A stretch of 62,697 nt of DNA, the filler included, from Globobulimina sp. (lineage: Eukaryota): NCBI GenBank assembly GCA_003354225.1. It is 36 parts of 36 records of this genome, joined end to end, with 100 filler letters (N's around TTAATTAATTAA, not from the genome) between each part and the next. Parts side by side here need not be neighbours in the genome. Positions count along the whole stretch, not along the records: positions 48,853 to 50,496 come from PIVH01013702.1; positions 50,597 to 52,239 come from PIVH01013703.1; positions 52,340 to 53,982 come from PIVH01013704.1; positions 54,083 to 55,725 come from PIVH01013705.1; positions 55,826 to 57,468 come from PIVH01013706.1; positions 57,569 to 59,211 come from PIVH01013707.1; positions 59,312 to 60,954 come from PIVH01013708.1; positions 61,055 to 62,697 come from PIVH01013709.1; 28 more parts are not named here. One strand, written 5' to 3'. Below the pieces are notes generated by a model that was not told where the DNA came from, made no database searches, and saw nothing but the letters and a program-made list of their open reading frames with translations. Made by a program: the position numbers and the translations under genes. This document shows, piece after piece, positions 48,853 through 61,459 of this stretch (position 1 is the first letter of the stretch; each line of letters opens with the position of its first letter).

Positions 48853-49601
48853 AAAATACCGATTATTCCAAAGTATTCAACATTTTTAAAATGTGCCAAT
48901 AATCTCCAAAATTTATCTTTATTAAATCTGTTGGCAACTGTCCCAAAGTAATGGAAAGATAAAATTTTAATATTGTTAATGTTAATACAATTCTGATTCA
49001 TAAATGGTTCAATATCGATATTCTTCATTTCATTTCCATGCAAAAGTAATTGTTCTAATTGATTCAAAATAAACTGTCCATTTTGTGTTTGCGGTAATGA
49101 TAATTCATTAAATTTACTTAGATTTATTTTGAGTGTCTTTAATGATTTAAATTGATACAAATTAACTGATGAATAATTTTTAACATTTAGTAAATTTAAT
49201 TCAGTCAACATATTCGGGGCATTGCATCCAATGAAAATTGATCTGTTGGTGGTGGCAAATCGAAAATAATTTTTATCAGTCAAAAATGAGGCAGTTTGCC
49301 CAATTAATGCTCGTGGAAGTTTATCCAATGAAATGTCTGTTGATGGTATTGGTTTAGGTTTTTCTTCCCTGGATTGCATAATTTGAGACAAAATGGAATT
49401 AATCTTAGTCAAATGATGATGATTCGGATTTGTAACTGATGGCTGATGAATAAAATAATTAAACAATGCTGTTGATATTAAATCAAACTGATTCATATCA
49501 TAATTATCATATATTTTACCCATTGATGTTAGAAATTCTTGTTTTGACAATTGTTTTATGAGTGATTTAAATATTACTGCTTTAGCAAGTAACGTGGCCA
49601 T
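48853..49601 (-). CDS. F-box-like/LRR protein (3' partial)
   Basis: LDKLPRALIGQTASFL followed by LxxLxL repeats. Confidence 0.7.
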
Positions 49602-50596
49602 GATTAGAGATTTTATTGTTGCTGTTTGTTTTCTGTTACACAAAGTATGGCTATTTACAGATTTAAAACACTAAGAAATCTTCAAAACTTTAAAGAATCA
49701 ATTTACAATCAATTACAGATCTATCTAAATACAAATTATTTTCATAATTTCATTGAACTCGCAAATAAAATAACCATCAGATAACTTAAAAATAATAATA
49801 AAACAATGACGCTAAAATTTTATTGTCATTTCTTGATTTTAATAATAGACACAAACCAACAAAACATTGTCAAATGGAGATGTATAGAAAAACAATAAAA
49901 AAAAGAAATGAGTTTTGACGAAATTGATATACAAAATAATGCTAATTTTGTTCTATATCTATATATTAATAATGGTTATTCCAATAATAAACTTATACGA
50001 AAAAAAAAGGGACAAAACAAAATACACGATTGAGACTTAGGAGTTGCACAAGAATAAGAATATAAAAATCACCACATACGCAAAAAAATGGAAAAAAAAG
50101 CTTGAAAATTAATGAATTGTTCACACAAAAAAATAAATTGATATTCAAGGATTCATTGCAAATTTATTCAAAAAATGAGAAAAAAAAAACAAAACTGAAA
50201 CAATATAAGAAATATAAATCGAAAAATAATTATTTCATTGCAAAATAAACACTGACCAAAAGCAAAAAAAAAATTCAAGTGTAAATAATAAAAATAAAAA
50301 AAGAAACGTCTGAAAAAAAGCGCAAACAAAAAAAATTGACCAAAATCAGAATCAGTTACAATTTAAAAACAAAACAGTACAAACTACAAAAAAAAGTGAA
50401 TCAAACAGGCGGATGGTTGTTGTTATCGATATTATCATTCTTATCATCAATGTTTGGGTCCAATGGGAATGGCGCATTATTATTGTTATTGTTGTTNNNN
50501 NNNNNNNNNNNNNNNNNNNNNNNNNNNNNNNNNNNNNNNNTTAATTAATTAANNNNNNNNNNNNNNNNNNNNNNNNNNNNNNNNNNNNNNNNNNNN

Positions 50597-51645
50597 GATG
50601 TTGAACTCATATTTTCGACAGATCAACAATGGTGTCATCAAGTCAAGCTGATATTATCCGACTCATATTGTCGACAGCTGGACAACGTTGTTTAACTCAT
50701 ATTGTTGACAGGTAGACAATGATGTCAAACTCATATTGTCAACAGCTCGACAACAATGATGTCAAACTCGTTGACAACAATGTTGACAGGTCAACAATGT
50801 TGTTGAACTCATATTGTCAACAGGTCAACAATGATGTCCAACTCGTTGACAACAATTTTGGTTGACTCATATTGTCGACAGGTCAACAATGATATCAAGT
50901 CAAGCAATATTTGACAATGTTGAAAGGTCGACAACAATGTCAAACTGATATTGTTGACAGGTCGAAAACGATGTCGAACTCATATTGACAATGTCGACAG
51001 GTCGACAATGACTATGTTGACAGTTCGACAACTATCTCAAACTCATATGGTAGAGACAATGTTGACAGGTTGACAACGATGTAGAACTGGTAATGACATC
51101 GATGTTGACTCCTATTGTCGACAGGTCGACAACGATGTTGAACTCATATTGTCGACAGGTTGACAATGCTGTCAAACTCATATTGTCAACAGCTCAACAG
51201 CAATGTTGGAAGGTCGACAACATTGTTGAACTCATATCGAAAGGTTGACAACAATGATGTTGAACTCATATTGTCGACAGATCAACAATGGTGTCAAGTC
51301 AAGCTGATATTATCCGACTCATATTGTCGACAGCTGGACAACGATGTTTAACTCATATTGTTGACAGGTTGACAATGATGTCAAACTCATATTGTCAACA
51401 GCTCGACAACAATGATGTCAAACTCGTTGACAACAATGTTGACAGGTCAACAATGTCGTTGAACTCATATTGTGAACAGGTCAACAATGATGTCAAACTC
51501 ATATTGTCAACAGCTCAACAACAATGATGTCAAACTCGTTGACAACAATGTTGACAGGTTGACTCATATTGTCGACAGGTCAACAATGATATCAAGTCAA
51601 GCATTAGTTGACAATGTTGAAAGGTCGACAACAATGTCAAACTAC
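50597..51645. repeat. Complex satellite: about 34-bp unit with about 660-bp higher-order period
   Basis: Variants of TTGTCGACAGGTCGACAACGATGTTGAACTCATA. The block starting at 50597 recurs at about 51256. Confidence 0.93.
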
Positions 51646-52642
51646 ATTATAGTCAAGTTGAAATAGATGTTGACAATATAGACTAGACTACATCGTAGAC
51701 ATGTAGACTAAAGTATTGTACATCAATGTTGACATAATACTGTAGTATACTAGCATGTCACAATGTTAATGTGCAGGTTCACTGGATTTATGTTGAAACA
51801 TTAGTCAAATAGCAGAATAGCATGTAGCCTACATGGATGGAGGAGGATGGGCACCATAAATATAACTTTGTAAATTACTTTGATTGAGTATTTAAATTTT
51901 GCCACTCAACAAGAATTTAAGGAGGAGGATGGGCACCATCATCTAATTTTAAATTGACAGATTTACTGTTTATTTTAGATGCCTCAAGTTTTGCTGCTCC
52001 ACCTACTGTGATATATTGTAATATCAATACCAAATAGGACAGTAATCTGATGAAATACTGTAATAATATATAGTACTGTAATCCATGCAATGCTGTAATA
52101 CCATATAGTACCGATTTTATCTCATAATTCTGTAATCTTAGCATGTTACTGTTATGATGTTATAATGTAATTCTATGTCATAAATATTGTTAAAATAAAT
52201 TTTTAGACTTTTTATTTAAATTAAACGAAAATTGACGCANNNNNNNNNNNNNNNNNNNNNNNNNNNNNNNNNNNNNNNNNNNNTTAATTAATTAANNNNN
52301 NNNNNNNNNNNNNNNNNNNNNNNNNNNNNNNNNNNNNNNTCACCAATAAACTGCATCCAATTACATTTAATTGTGATGGATGATGGATGGAATGTGCCTC
52401 TACAATGAAAACACAATCGATTCGACCATCTGGGGGATTTTGCCAAAGAGTTATTGCCATGGTCAGCATACTTAGTTACAAAGTGAAGAACTCAAATGTT
52501 AGTAAAAATAGAAAATTTAAATGTTGATTGGGGGGATGAACTAAAAGCAAAAACCCTATTGTTGCCTGAAACAAACATGCATTTTTCAAACAAAAAATGC
52601 GAGATGATTCAAAACGTTGCTCTCTTCTCTGTTTCCCAAACC

Positions 52643-53748
52643 ATGTCAGATGACATTCGGAAACATAGCTCACGAAGCCACAGTCCTTCAAACCACAGAC
52701 ACAGGTTGATTTTCCACCATCCACTCCCCTCATTCCTTCAACCATAACCAACTTATCTCTGTTTGTTAATTGAACCTCCAGCAAATCATCAAAAAGACAG
52801 ACTCACAAACACCACTCACGTCGACACAAAAAATCATCAAAACGCTCTCGATCACTCTCTCATTCATCTTCCAATTCTCGCTCCCGTTCCCGGGATTGTT
52901 CCAAACATAAAAAACACAAAAAATCCAAAAAACACAGCAGATCTCGACATCGCTCCCCTTCCTCATCATATTCATACGATACCGCATCATCAGATAACTC
53001 CGACTCTTCCATCAGTTCCTCATCAGAGTCACATCACAAAAAACATAGGAAAAAATCCAGCAAAAAGAAACACCGCAAACATAAACATTCCAAGAAAAAA
53101 AAGCGCCACAAACACAAACATAAGCATTCCAAACACAAAAAACTCAAAAAAAAACACAAAAAATGCAATAAATCGCGTGACAAAACGTTATTGGAAGGCA
53201 ACCTCGCTATTTATAGACCGTCTGAATATCGCGAGGGAGAGCACGGCTTCATAACACCCAATGATTTGATCAATAAAATGCCAGAATTGACCTGTTGGCT
53301 GGCGGATATTCACGGCGTTGCCATTGACAATTTGGTGAAACGCGATGAACGGAAATGGTTTGCCAAATTCTGCGATGATTGGAACACTTCGACCATGGCA
53401 GATGATAAATATTATGACATTGATAAATGGAATAAGGCGAATGGCGGCGGTGACAATGAAGCAGCGGATCGGAACTATGGAATGAGTGACGAGCAGGCAC
53501 TGCATTTGGAGAAGAGAGCGGCGCGGCAAACTGAACAGGATCGGAGATATGCGGCGAGAGTGCAAGAGATGAAAAAACATTTAATTGAGCTCAAGTCGCA
53601 TAATAAAAAAGAGTTTGAGAGTTTGACGGATCAACATATTCCAAGGAAGGAGACCTTTGAATCTCTGGCTGCAAAGAGGAAGGCGAAAAAAGTGGAGGAT
53701 CGGGTTAAGCGATTTGGTAAATACAATACTAATGTCAGTTGGGATTGA
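52643..53748 (+). CDS. R/S/H/K-rich nuclear-type protein with a conserved C-terminal domain; intron 52705-52781
   Basis: Low-complexity N-terminus; PELTCWL..FAKFCDDWNTSTM..KYYDIDKW. Confidence 0.75.
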
Positions 53749-54229
53749 TCTCATATTCATTGTATTTCGTTTCTAATTTAAATTTAATTGTTTATTTTGT
53801 GTAAAGAACTTCTTTATAATAATAGCACAGAATAAGAATAAAATGACTGTGAGTGTGCGGTCAGTGCTTATCGATATGTTTGTTGTTGTTGCGTTTTGCT
53901 CAACATTTTCTTTCTTGTGTATTATGCAGTTTATTGAGTAATTCTTAATGATCATTCTAAAAGATTTTCTATAATATGATTANNNNNNNNNNNNNNNNNN
54001 NNNNNNNNNNNNNNNNNNNNNNNNNNTTAATTAATTAANNNNNNNNNNNNNNNNNNNNNNNNNNNNNNNNNNNNNNNNNNNNAGCGAGAAGATTCGCCAG
54101 CATCTCGGCAAATAGCACACGAGGTAGCCTGACACACGAGACCTGCCCAGATGTGTCCGAATATTGGGCGACTTCTCGGCCGCGCCTCTAGCTCTGTTTG
54201 GGCATTGGATTCTTGGAGCAACAATTGGT

Positions 54230-55725
54230 TATGGCGGAATGGCAGCATCAGCGCATTACCTGGCGACAGAAGCAGGCATTAGAGTCCTGAAACAAGTATG
54301 CATTCATATCACATACATATATTTCCATGCAATTTAATTAATTTTAAGTGTGGGAGCGCAGCTGACGCAGCAGTTGCTATGCAAGCCGTACTAACAGTTG
54401 TTCAACCGCATAAATCTGGTATTGGAGGAGGTAAATTTATAATGTACTACAACCATTCCAATAAACAGATATATTCTCTTGATGCAAGAGAGGAAGCACC
54501 CGATCAATTCCATGGCAAAATCTTTTGTAAAAACCCAGATTGTTTCCTAAACTCATCCTGCGAATGTGATGGAACTATGACTTTTGCAGAGCGAAGAGTT
54601 GGTGGATTATCAGTTGGTGTTCCAGGCACAATTCATGGCTTATCCCCATTACAAAAGTATTTCGGCAGTGGCGCTGTTGCCTGGACAGATTTATTCACCG
54701 ATGCAATAAATGTGGCAAGGAATGGATTTCCAATGTACCACGAACTATATATTGATATCAATGACTCTGCAGATGTATTATCACGATTTGAAGAGAGCAA
54801 ACGAATATTTCTCAATAATAATAACCAACCAAAAGTAAATATAAATGAAACATGGTTCAATCCAGATCTTGCAGACACACTCGAAGCCACTAGCATTAGT
54901 CCGCAGACTGCCATTCGATTGTGGTATGAAGGCGAGATCGCAGAGGCTATCATTCAGACCGCACAAAACACACAAAATGAAGTGGAGTATAATGGAAATA
55001 TTACGTATAGAAAGGGTTTACTTACAATGGAGGACATGAATGGTTATAGGGCAATATTTCGAGAGCCATCACAATCATATTATGGTAATAGTGAGCAGCC
55101 AACCTATAAAATGTATGGAATGAATTATCCCTCCTCAGGCTCGCCATCCATACAATATTTAATGAATTTGATGCATTCGTTAATCAATGATGAGACCAAT
55201 CCGGATTCCAACACTTTCAGCAACAATGATAATGAGATGTTGTACAGCGGAACAAATGCACATTATATGATGAGTGGGAATAACATAGTTTTTGCAGATC
55301 GCAACCAGTATATGGCTGATATGGATTTTGTTGATATTCCAGTGGATGGATTATTAAATTATTCATATATTAACAGTCGATATAAACAATACTTATTACC
55401 GCAACTTAATGCGAATAACACTCTGCCAATTCCTTATGGAATACCTCCCGGAACACAAACAAATACATCGCAAAGTAATTTTGGCAGCATACCTGAGTAT
55501 GGTACCTCTCATTATTTTGTTGTAGATCAATGGAATAATATGGCTTGTGTTACTACTACAATAGAAGGTAATTTTGGTTCGGGAATTGTTGTTCCAAATT
55601 ATGGCTTTTTATTAAACAATGAATTGACTGATTTTGATGTTTTAGGTGAGACTTCCAATCGAGAGACAGTAGCAAATGGACCTGCCGGAGGCAAAACATT
55701 AAGAAAAACTGCTTTGAATTTCTTT
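54230..55725 (+). CDS. ggt: Gamma-glutamyltranspeptidase (partial; intron 54296-54348)
   Basis: AADAAVA, SGIGGG, DAREEAP, GVPGT, GTSH (catalytic Thr), TTTIEGNFGSG, GFLLNNELTDF. Confidence 0.95.
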
Positions 55726-55825
55726 NNNNNNNNNNNNNNNNNNNNNNNNNNNNNNNNNNNNNNNNNNNNTTAATTAATTAANNNNNNNNNNNNNNNNNNN
55801 NNNNNNNNNNNNNNNNNNNNNNNNN

Positions 55826-56255
55826 TATTGGTTCAATCTCATGTGTGGCATGTTGTTGTTTTTCTTGTATGATGAAAAAACACAGAAAAAAAAAACAAAA
55901 TCAAATTGCTGATGTGCATCAAAGAAATTTAATTGAGAATGATGAAGAATTAAATGAAGAAGGAATTGATAATTATCATCCATTGGAAGAGGAAGAAGAA
56001 ATCGACATAATTCCAGGACAAAATGAAATGATAGAAATTGATCGAAAGGTGGTTGATCAGATTGTGAGTCAATACATTGATATTGATATTGATATTGATG
56101 ATAATGAGAGTGATGATGAAGATATACCGGCCGCGGCATATTGTGACGAACAAGAATTAGAAGTAAGTATCAGTGAAATTAGTGAACTAAGTGAAGGAAA
56201 AGAGGGTATTGTAGAGCCAGTTGAGGAACAACAAAACGCAGAGAATGATGATTAA
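55826..56255 (+). CDS. Acidic cytoplasmic tail of a membrane protein
   Basis: End of a TM segment with a Cys cluster, basic patch, D/E-rich tail. Confidence 0.65.
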
Positions 56256-56442
56256 ATAATATATAAAGTGCAAGGAAATTATGAGCCATTTTTTTAATTT
56301 ATTTTTTCTTTCATGTGATAATTGTGATTATCGATTATGTTTTTTATTGTTTGTATTATTGAAGGAAAACATTATCCGCTGTTTTTCGTGGATGACTAAG
56401 CTCACTTTTTTTCTTGAAAGAATTGAAATGCAACGTACAAAA

Positions 56443-57393
56443 TCAAACAGTTGTAATAATGATAGGGAAATAAGAACCATTCCTAGGTTTATAAAATGGC
56501 ATATCCACTATGACCTCCATCAATGACATTATAAAATCACAATGTCCAGAATATATTACGATATTACACTCTTTCTCCCATACAAAATCCATCATTTTTG
56601 CCGATCGTTTCCATAATAATTCCCTCCGTTCATCTGCTTTATTATTCCATTTTACATCTTTGTTTGTATCAAATCCTTCATATTTGAAATCATACTGCTT
56701 CCATTCTTTCTGTATTACATCAAAATCACTGCGTGAATCACAAGCGTGGTGGTTTATTCTCTCGCGAATATATTCCAATACATATACTGGACATTTATAT
56801 TTATGAATTTCCGATTGTTTCTCTTCATTATCAGACTCACTGTTTTCCAGCTCAACAAATGGTAAAAATGCATATGTGGCTGTTTCCAATGCTCTGTTTA
56901 ACGGTGATGCCACAATTAAATCCAAATGTGATTGTAAGCAATGTAACCGAGGCAGTAATTGCTTTGCTTGAGTTATACCCAGCTTTGTTAAATGTGGATC
57001 TTTCCATTTTAAATTTGTTGATTGATTTTTAAGCCATTCCTCCGGACCAAATAACTCCCATTTTGCCCAATTATGCATTCCTTCTCCATGGCGTACTAAC
57101 ACTAACAATTTATATATGTGGCCATTTTTAGCGTCATGTTTGTTAATCAATGACAGATATTTTGATAAAATATCCTCCATTTTTGGTGACTTTTCTCTGT
57201 CACTGATGTCATATGGATTGATTACTTTGTATTTTTGCAATTTTTTCAATAATGTTCTATCTACATTTTTATCGATCTCTTTCCATTTGAATTTTGAAGC
57301 AACACTGCTTTGTGCATTTCCTTTACGGTTACCCTGATTGTTATTATTTTGTATCATGTCAATCAATTCATCCAACGCAACTAAGGAAGACAT
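56443..57393 (-). CDS. Histidine phosphatase / phosphoglycerate mutase-like protein
   Basis: LVRHGEGMHN, DPHLTKLG, ASPLNRALET, GH. Confidence 0.92.
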   Translation of the reverse strand: MSSLVALDELIDMIQNNNNQGNRKGNAQSSVASKFKWKEIDKNVDRTLLKKLQKYKVINPYDISDREKSPKMEDILSKYLSLINKHDAKNGHIYKLLVLVRHGEGMHNWAKWELFGPEEWLKNQSTNLKWKDPHLTKLGITQAKQLLPRLHCLQSHLDLIVASPLNRALETATYAFLPFVELENSESDNEEKQSEIHKYKCPVYVLEYIRERINHHACDSRSDFDVIQKEWKQYDFKYEGFDTNKDVKWNNKADERRELLWKRSAKMMDFVWEKECNIVIYSGHCDFIMSLMEVIVDMPFYKPRNGSYFPIIITTV

Positions 57394-59931
57394 GGCTACT
57401 TAATAAAAAAGTAGGAAAAGTTTTTTTTTTTACGCATTTCCTTAAACCATTTTCTATTAAGTATAAATNNNNNNNNNNNNNNNNNNNNNNNNNNNNNNNN
57501 NNNNNNNNNNNNTTAATTAATTAANNNNNNNNNNNNNNNNNNNNNNNNNNNNNNNNNNNNNNNNNNNNACACATACAAAGATATGAGACAATTACCAATT
57601 TTCAAACCTCTGACTGGCTACCAAACCTAGAGACAGCCTTTTCCACTTAGATTCTTCTGCACTTCCTGACCTTATAATAATAATAATCATCGATTTGTGT
57701 CGATGTAACAAAGTCTAAGTGGAAAAATGATCAAAATAAACACTCGTTACAATAAAGAACAGCTATAAATGTTGATGTTAGGGAGTCATTCCATTATTTT
57801 CATTTCTTTAAAAGCTGTTCAAAATGAAGTAGGATAAATGTTTAAATTTAAAAAAGTTATTAATTTTTTTTGATTGTCGGGATCCAACCTCCCATGGCTT
57901 ATAAGATCTGCTGTCTGAGTGGCTGCAAGATATAGAAACAGAATTTTCTACTTATACTATATTATGCAAGAGGCAAATAAAATAACGATGTAAAATATAA
58001 ATGATGTAAAGCGGAGAGCCACGCAAAGGGTTCTCATAAGAATTCGACTTTTTAACACAGCGGTATTCAGTAATTAATGTAACATGTTTGGTTCAAAAAA
58101 TAGACCCTAATCTTCAGCAGGCTGTAATTCATGACTAGCCGTACCTGACATAGTTTTTATGTCCCAATATGATTCTGCAATAACATTTGAGTGTGAAGTG
58201 AGAAAATCGGCGTTTTTGTATTCAAAAATGATTTTTTGTCATTTTCGGCCTATTTTTGGGTTAATTATGGGAGATCCGCCATTGTTATAGACTCGTACTT
58301 ATGGCTAGATATATTCTTTATGCCATATACCATTCGTGCAAAGCCATATTACCAGCTTGTAACGCTTTCGGTTGCTCAAATCGCATGCTCAGTATGACAA
58401 CAAACAATATTGCGCAGATTAGTGTTTGAAGTACTAAAACAATCAAAACTGTCTACTTTTCTTACAATTTGATTAAAAGTAATCAATTCGAACCAAAAAC
58501 AAGCTGCAATGCGTATAGAATCAAACAATTTTCCTTTCTGAAGCGTATTTTGGGCAATATTCGGGAAAAACCTGAAAATCGCATATACTTAAAACGCACT
58601 TTCTCAAAACGCCACAGTCTGATTTTCTTCATTTTTGCTTTGGTTAATGCTATCATATAGTGATATAAGATACAAAAAATTGGCTCCGGCTATTCATAAA
58701 TGGCCGAGTAATGAAGCAAAATGTAAAAAAATCTAAAACTCAATTTCCGATATTTTTTTTGTTTTCGACCCTGAATCATGGATAAAAATAATTCATTTTT
58801 AAACATTTAATACACTAACTGAAAGTCTGTGTAAAGGGCTGTCCAATGGTGGTACGTTTAATTCCCTAGCTAGCAAACGTGCTGAGTTACAACCATTCAA
58901 ATTCGATGTGGTATGTTTCGGAGAAATTGCCGAAGTTCCCAACTTTGAGGCTGCCGTGCTCAGAACAGGGAGAGCGCCGGAATCTCAAACTTGACGTGTG
59001 ATCTTACATTTACTTATACTATAGAAACGTGAAATAAAAAGTGGGGGTCAAAATTTTTCTGTCCGGAAAATCTTTGAATTTCAAAATAACGACTGTTAAT
59101 GAATCTAACTTTCGAACGAATGCTTCGATCGCGATGAAACTTGGTATGCTTAGGTAATGGGCCATGACCAATAACTACACAACATATCATTTCATCTCAA
59201 CGCTTAGCATGNNNNNNNNNNNNNNNNNNNNNNNNNNNNNNNNNNNNNNNNNNNNTTAATTAATTAANNNNNNNNNNNNNNNNNNNNNNNNNNNNNNNNN
59301 NNNNNNNNNNNGATAATATTCAAATCAGCGGTTTAGGTCCGAGCCAAGCATCGCAATTAATATCGTTATTGAATCAATTGCAAAGAAATAATCAGCAGCA
59401 ACCGCAAAATGTGTCATCTATGCAGCAATTGAATAACTTCGTGGCATCGCAAGGCATCGCTGGTAATGATAATTATGACTATCAGGTAACGGTTGAAGAT
59501 AGGAAGAAAGTCTTGAAATGGATAATGCCGAAAGCTTCGAGACGTTTGATCACAGAGTCAATCTCCGAGAATGTCGATGTATTATACGACATTGTTAAAA
59601 GAAACCCAAATTGCAGCAAGTATGTAATAATTTGTGTAATATGTTGCAAATCTGTGTGTACGTTGGATGGCACTCTTTGTGGCGAGTCAGAGTGTATTCA
59701 TACCTTTGAATATCTGTTTGATGTTTGTTATTCCTCACTAACTTTTACTGGTTGCGAGTTTGAGGAAAGTGAGGATGTTGAGACATTCATCTATTTTGAA
59801 TCCATTGTTGTGGATAGCATTATAAATATGGTCGGACTTACCCTGCATTTGTGTTGTTGTGGGTGCAGCAATAAATAAATGTGAAATGGAAGTCGAGTGA
59901 TTCTGTGTGCTACTCCTAAATAAATTGATTA

Positions 59932-60954
59932 TTGATCAATATTATCAAAATTAATATGTATTTACAAAATAAATATAAAAATAAAGTACAAGCATATAAT
60001 ACAAAGAAAATGGAGACTGATGGCATCTTAATAGCGAAAAAAGTTGAAATTGACATCTCAGTGAATCAATTAATGCATTTTTTGTTGGATGGATATGGTT
60101 CGATATTCTCTTTGATAAAAATAATGTGGATTTCTTATTGGAAATTGCATTTGGTATTCGGTACCACGTTAAAAAAGGCAATGACAGCATTCTTGATGAA
60201 TAAATCGAATTTTTTGATCGTATGGAGAACTGTGACGGAGAGAGTGATTGATATTTTATGGTCGAATTCTGCAGCAAATCCAAATCAAGGTCGCATGATA
60301 TCGTATTGCATGAATAATTTGCGTGTAATGAGAGATTTTGTGAAACTTAATATTGTTCCAATGATTAATGATCGAAGTATTGCTGTACCCGATTTTTGGC
60401 AGATTACTGCCATTGCTTTCTCTGTCTGCAAATATCGCGAATATAATAAACAAAAACGTATTCAATGGAATACCGCGGAGTTTATGCATGATTGGAATCA
60501 AATGCGTAAATCGCGGGAAAAATCAGTGTTGGTAATTCAGGATCTTTCGACTGAATGCATACAGGCACTTAATTTTGGTGGTAATTGTGTGCAGCAACAA
60601 CCTGAGCAAAAACAGAATGATTTGAAGCAGCATAATAATGAGAAGAGAAAGGTAGATTGCTTTGTATGTGGCGGAAATCACTGGAAAAAGGATTGTCCGA
60701 TACATTTAAAGAGAGAATTGAAGGAATTGAGGTATAAACAGAGGAACAACAAACCGTTTGAGAGAAGAAGAGATAATGAGACATTTAGACCGTATAAAAG
60801 GAGGAAGCCAAATAATTCGGAGTATGCTGCGCGTCGAAGATTTGATGTTAATAAAAATAAGAAATATGACTATGGAAATGGTCGGAGGTCGGATAGGCGT
60901 AATAACCGTGGCTATGAGCGTCGAGATAGAGGCCATGAGCGACGTAATCGTGGC
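59932..60954 (+). mobile_element. Gag-like ORF with CCHC zinc knuckle (partial)
   Basis: CFVCGGNHWKKDC followed by an R/G-rich tail. No pol on the contig. Confidence 0.5.
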
Positions 60955-61054
60955 NNNNNNNNNNNNNNNNNNNNNNNNNNNNNNNNNNNNNNNNNNNNTT
61001 AATTAATTAANNNNNNNNNNNNNNNNNNNNNNNNNNNNNNNNNNNNNNNNNNNN

Positions 61055-61363
61055 TATGGATCGTGTCAAGATTTTATTGCACAATTTAAGGTCAGAGCTG
61101 GTAGCCATTTTGGAAGTGGGTGGGTTTGGGCCTCAGTTAATAAACAATTAAAAGTCGTTATTACTGATGGCCATGATGCGGGTAATCCATTGCGGGATGG
61201 TTTAATTCCAATTTTATGTCTTGATGTGTGGGAACACGCATATTATGTGGACCAAAGAAACAACAGAGGCCAATATATCAATAATTTTATTGGATTGATT
61301 AGTTGGGAAACAGTGGAACAAAGATATATTAATGCTATTAAACAATTAAAATCAAATTTATAA
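61055..61363 (+). CDS. sod: Fe/Mn superoxide dismutase C-terminal domain (missed by the ORF track)
   Basis: HFGSGWVW, DAGNP, LCLDVWEHAYY. Ends in KSNL. Confidence 0.96.
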   Translation, partial: YGSCQDFIAQFKVRAGSHFGSGWVWASVNKQLKVVITDGHDAGNPLRDGLIPILCLDVWEHAYYVDQRNNRGQYINNFIGLISWETVEQRYINAIKQLKSNL

Positions 61364-61459
61364 TGACACATCTATGATTTCCGAATATATAATATTTTTG
61401 ACACAAAATCTATTTGGTTGAATAATTAAATTAAATCACTGTTTCTGTCAAAACAATAG

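Noticed and set aside
51160-51666. ORFs within the satellite, or a CRISPR-like array
   Set aside because: They are translations of degenerate tandem repeats, with no spacers or cas genes.
57569-59211. ORF-poor contig as a transposon interior or RNA gene
   Set aside because: No termini, recognisable rRNA/snRNA motif or coding signature that I can support.
1647-61054. Periodic TTAATTAATTAA as a biological repeat, and gene clusters spanning linkers
   Set aside because: It is an artificial linker flanked by Ns. ORFs ending in X-runs are truncated at contig ends, and neighbouring contigs are unlinked.
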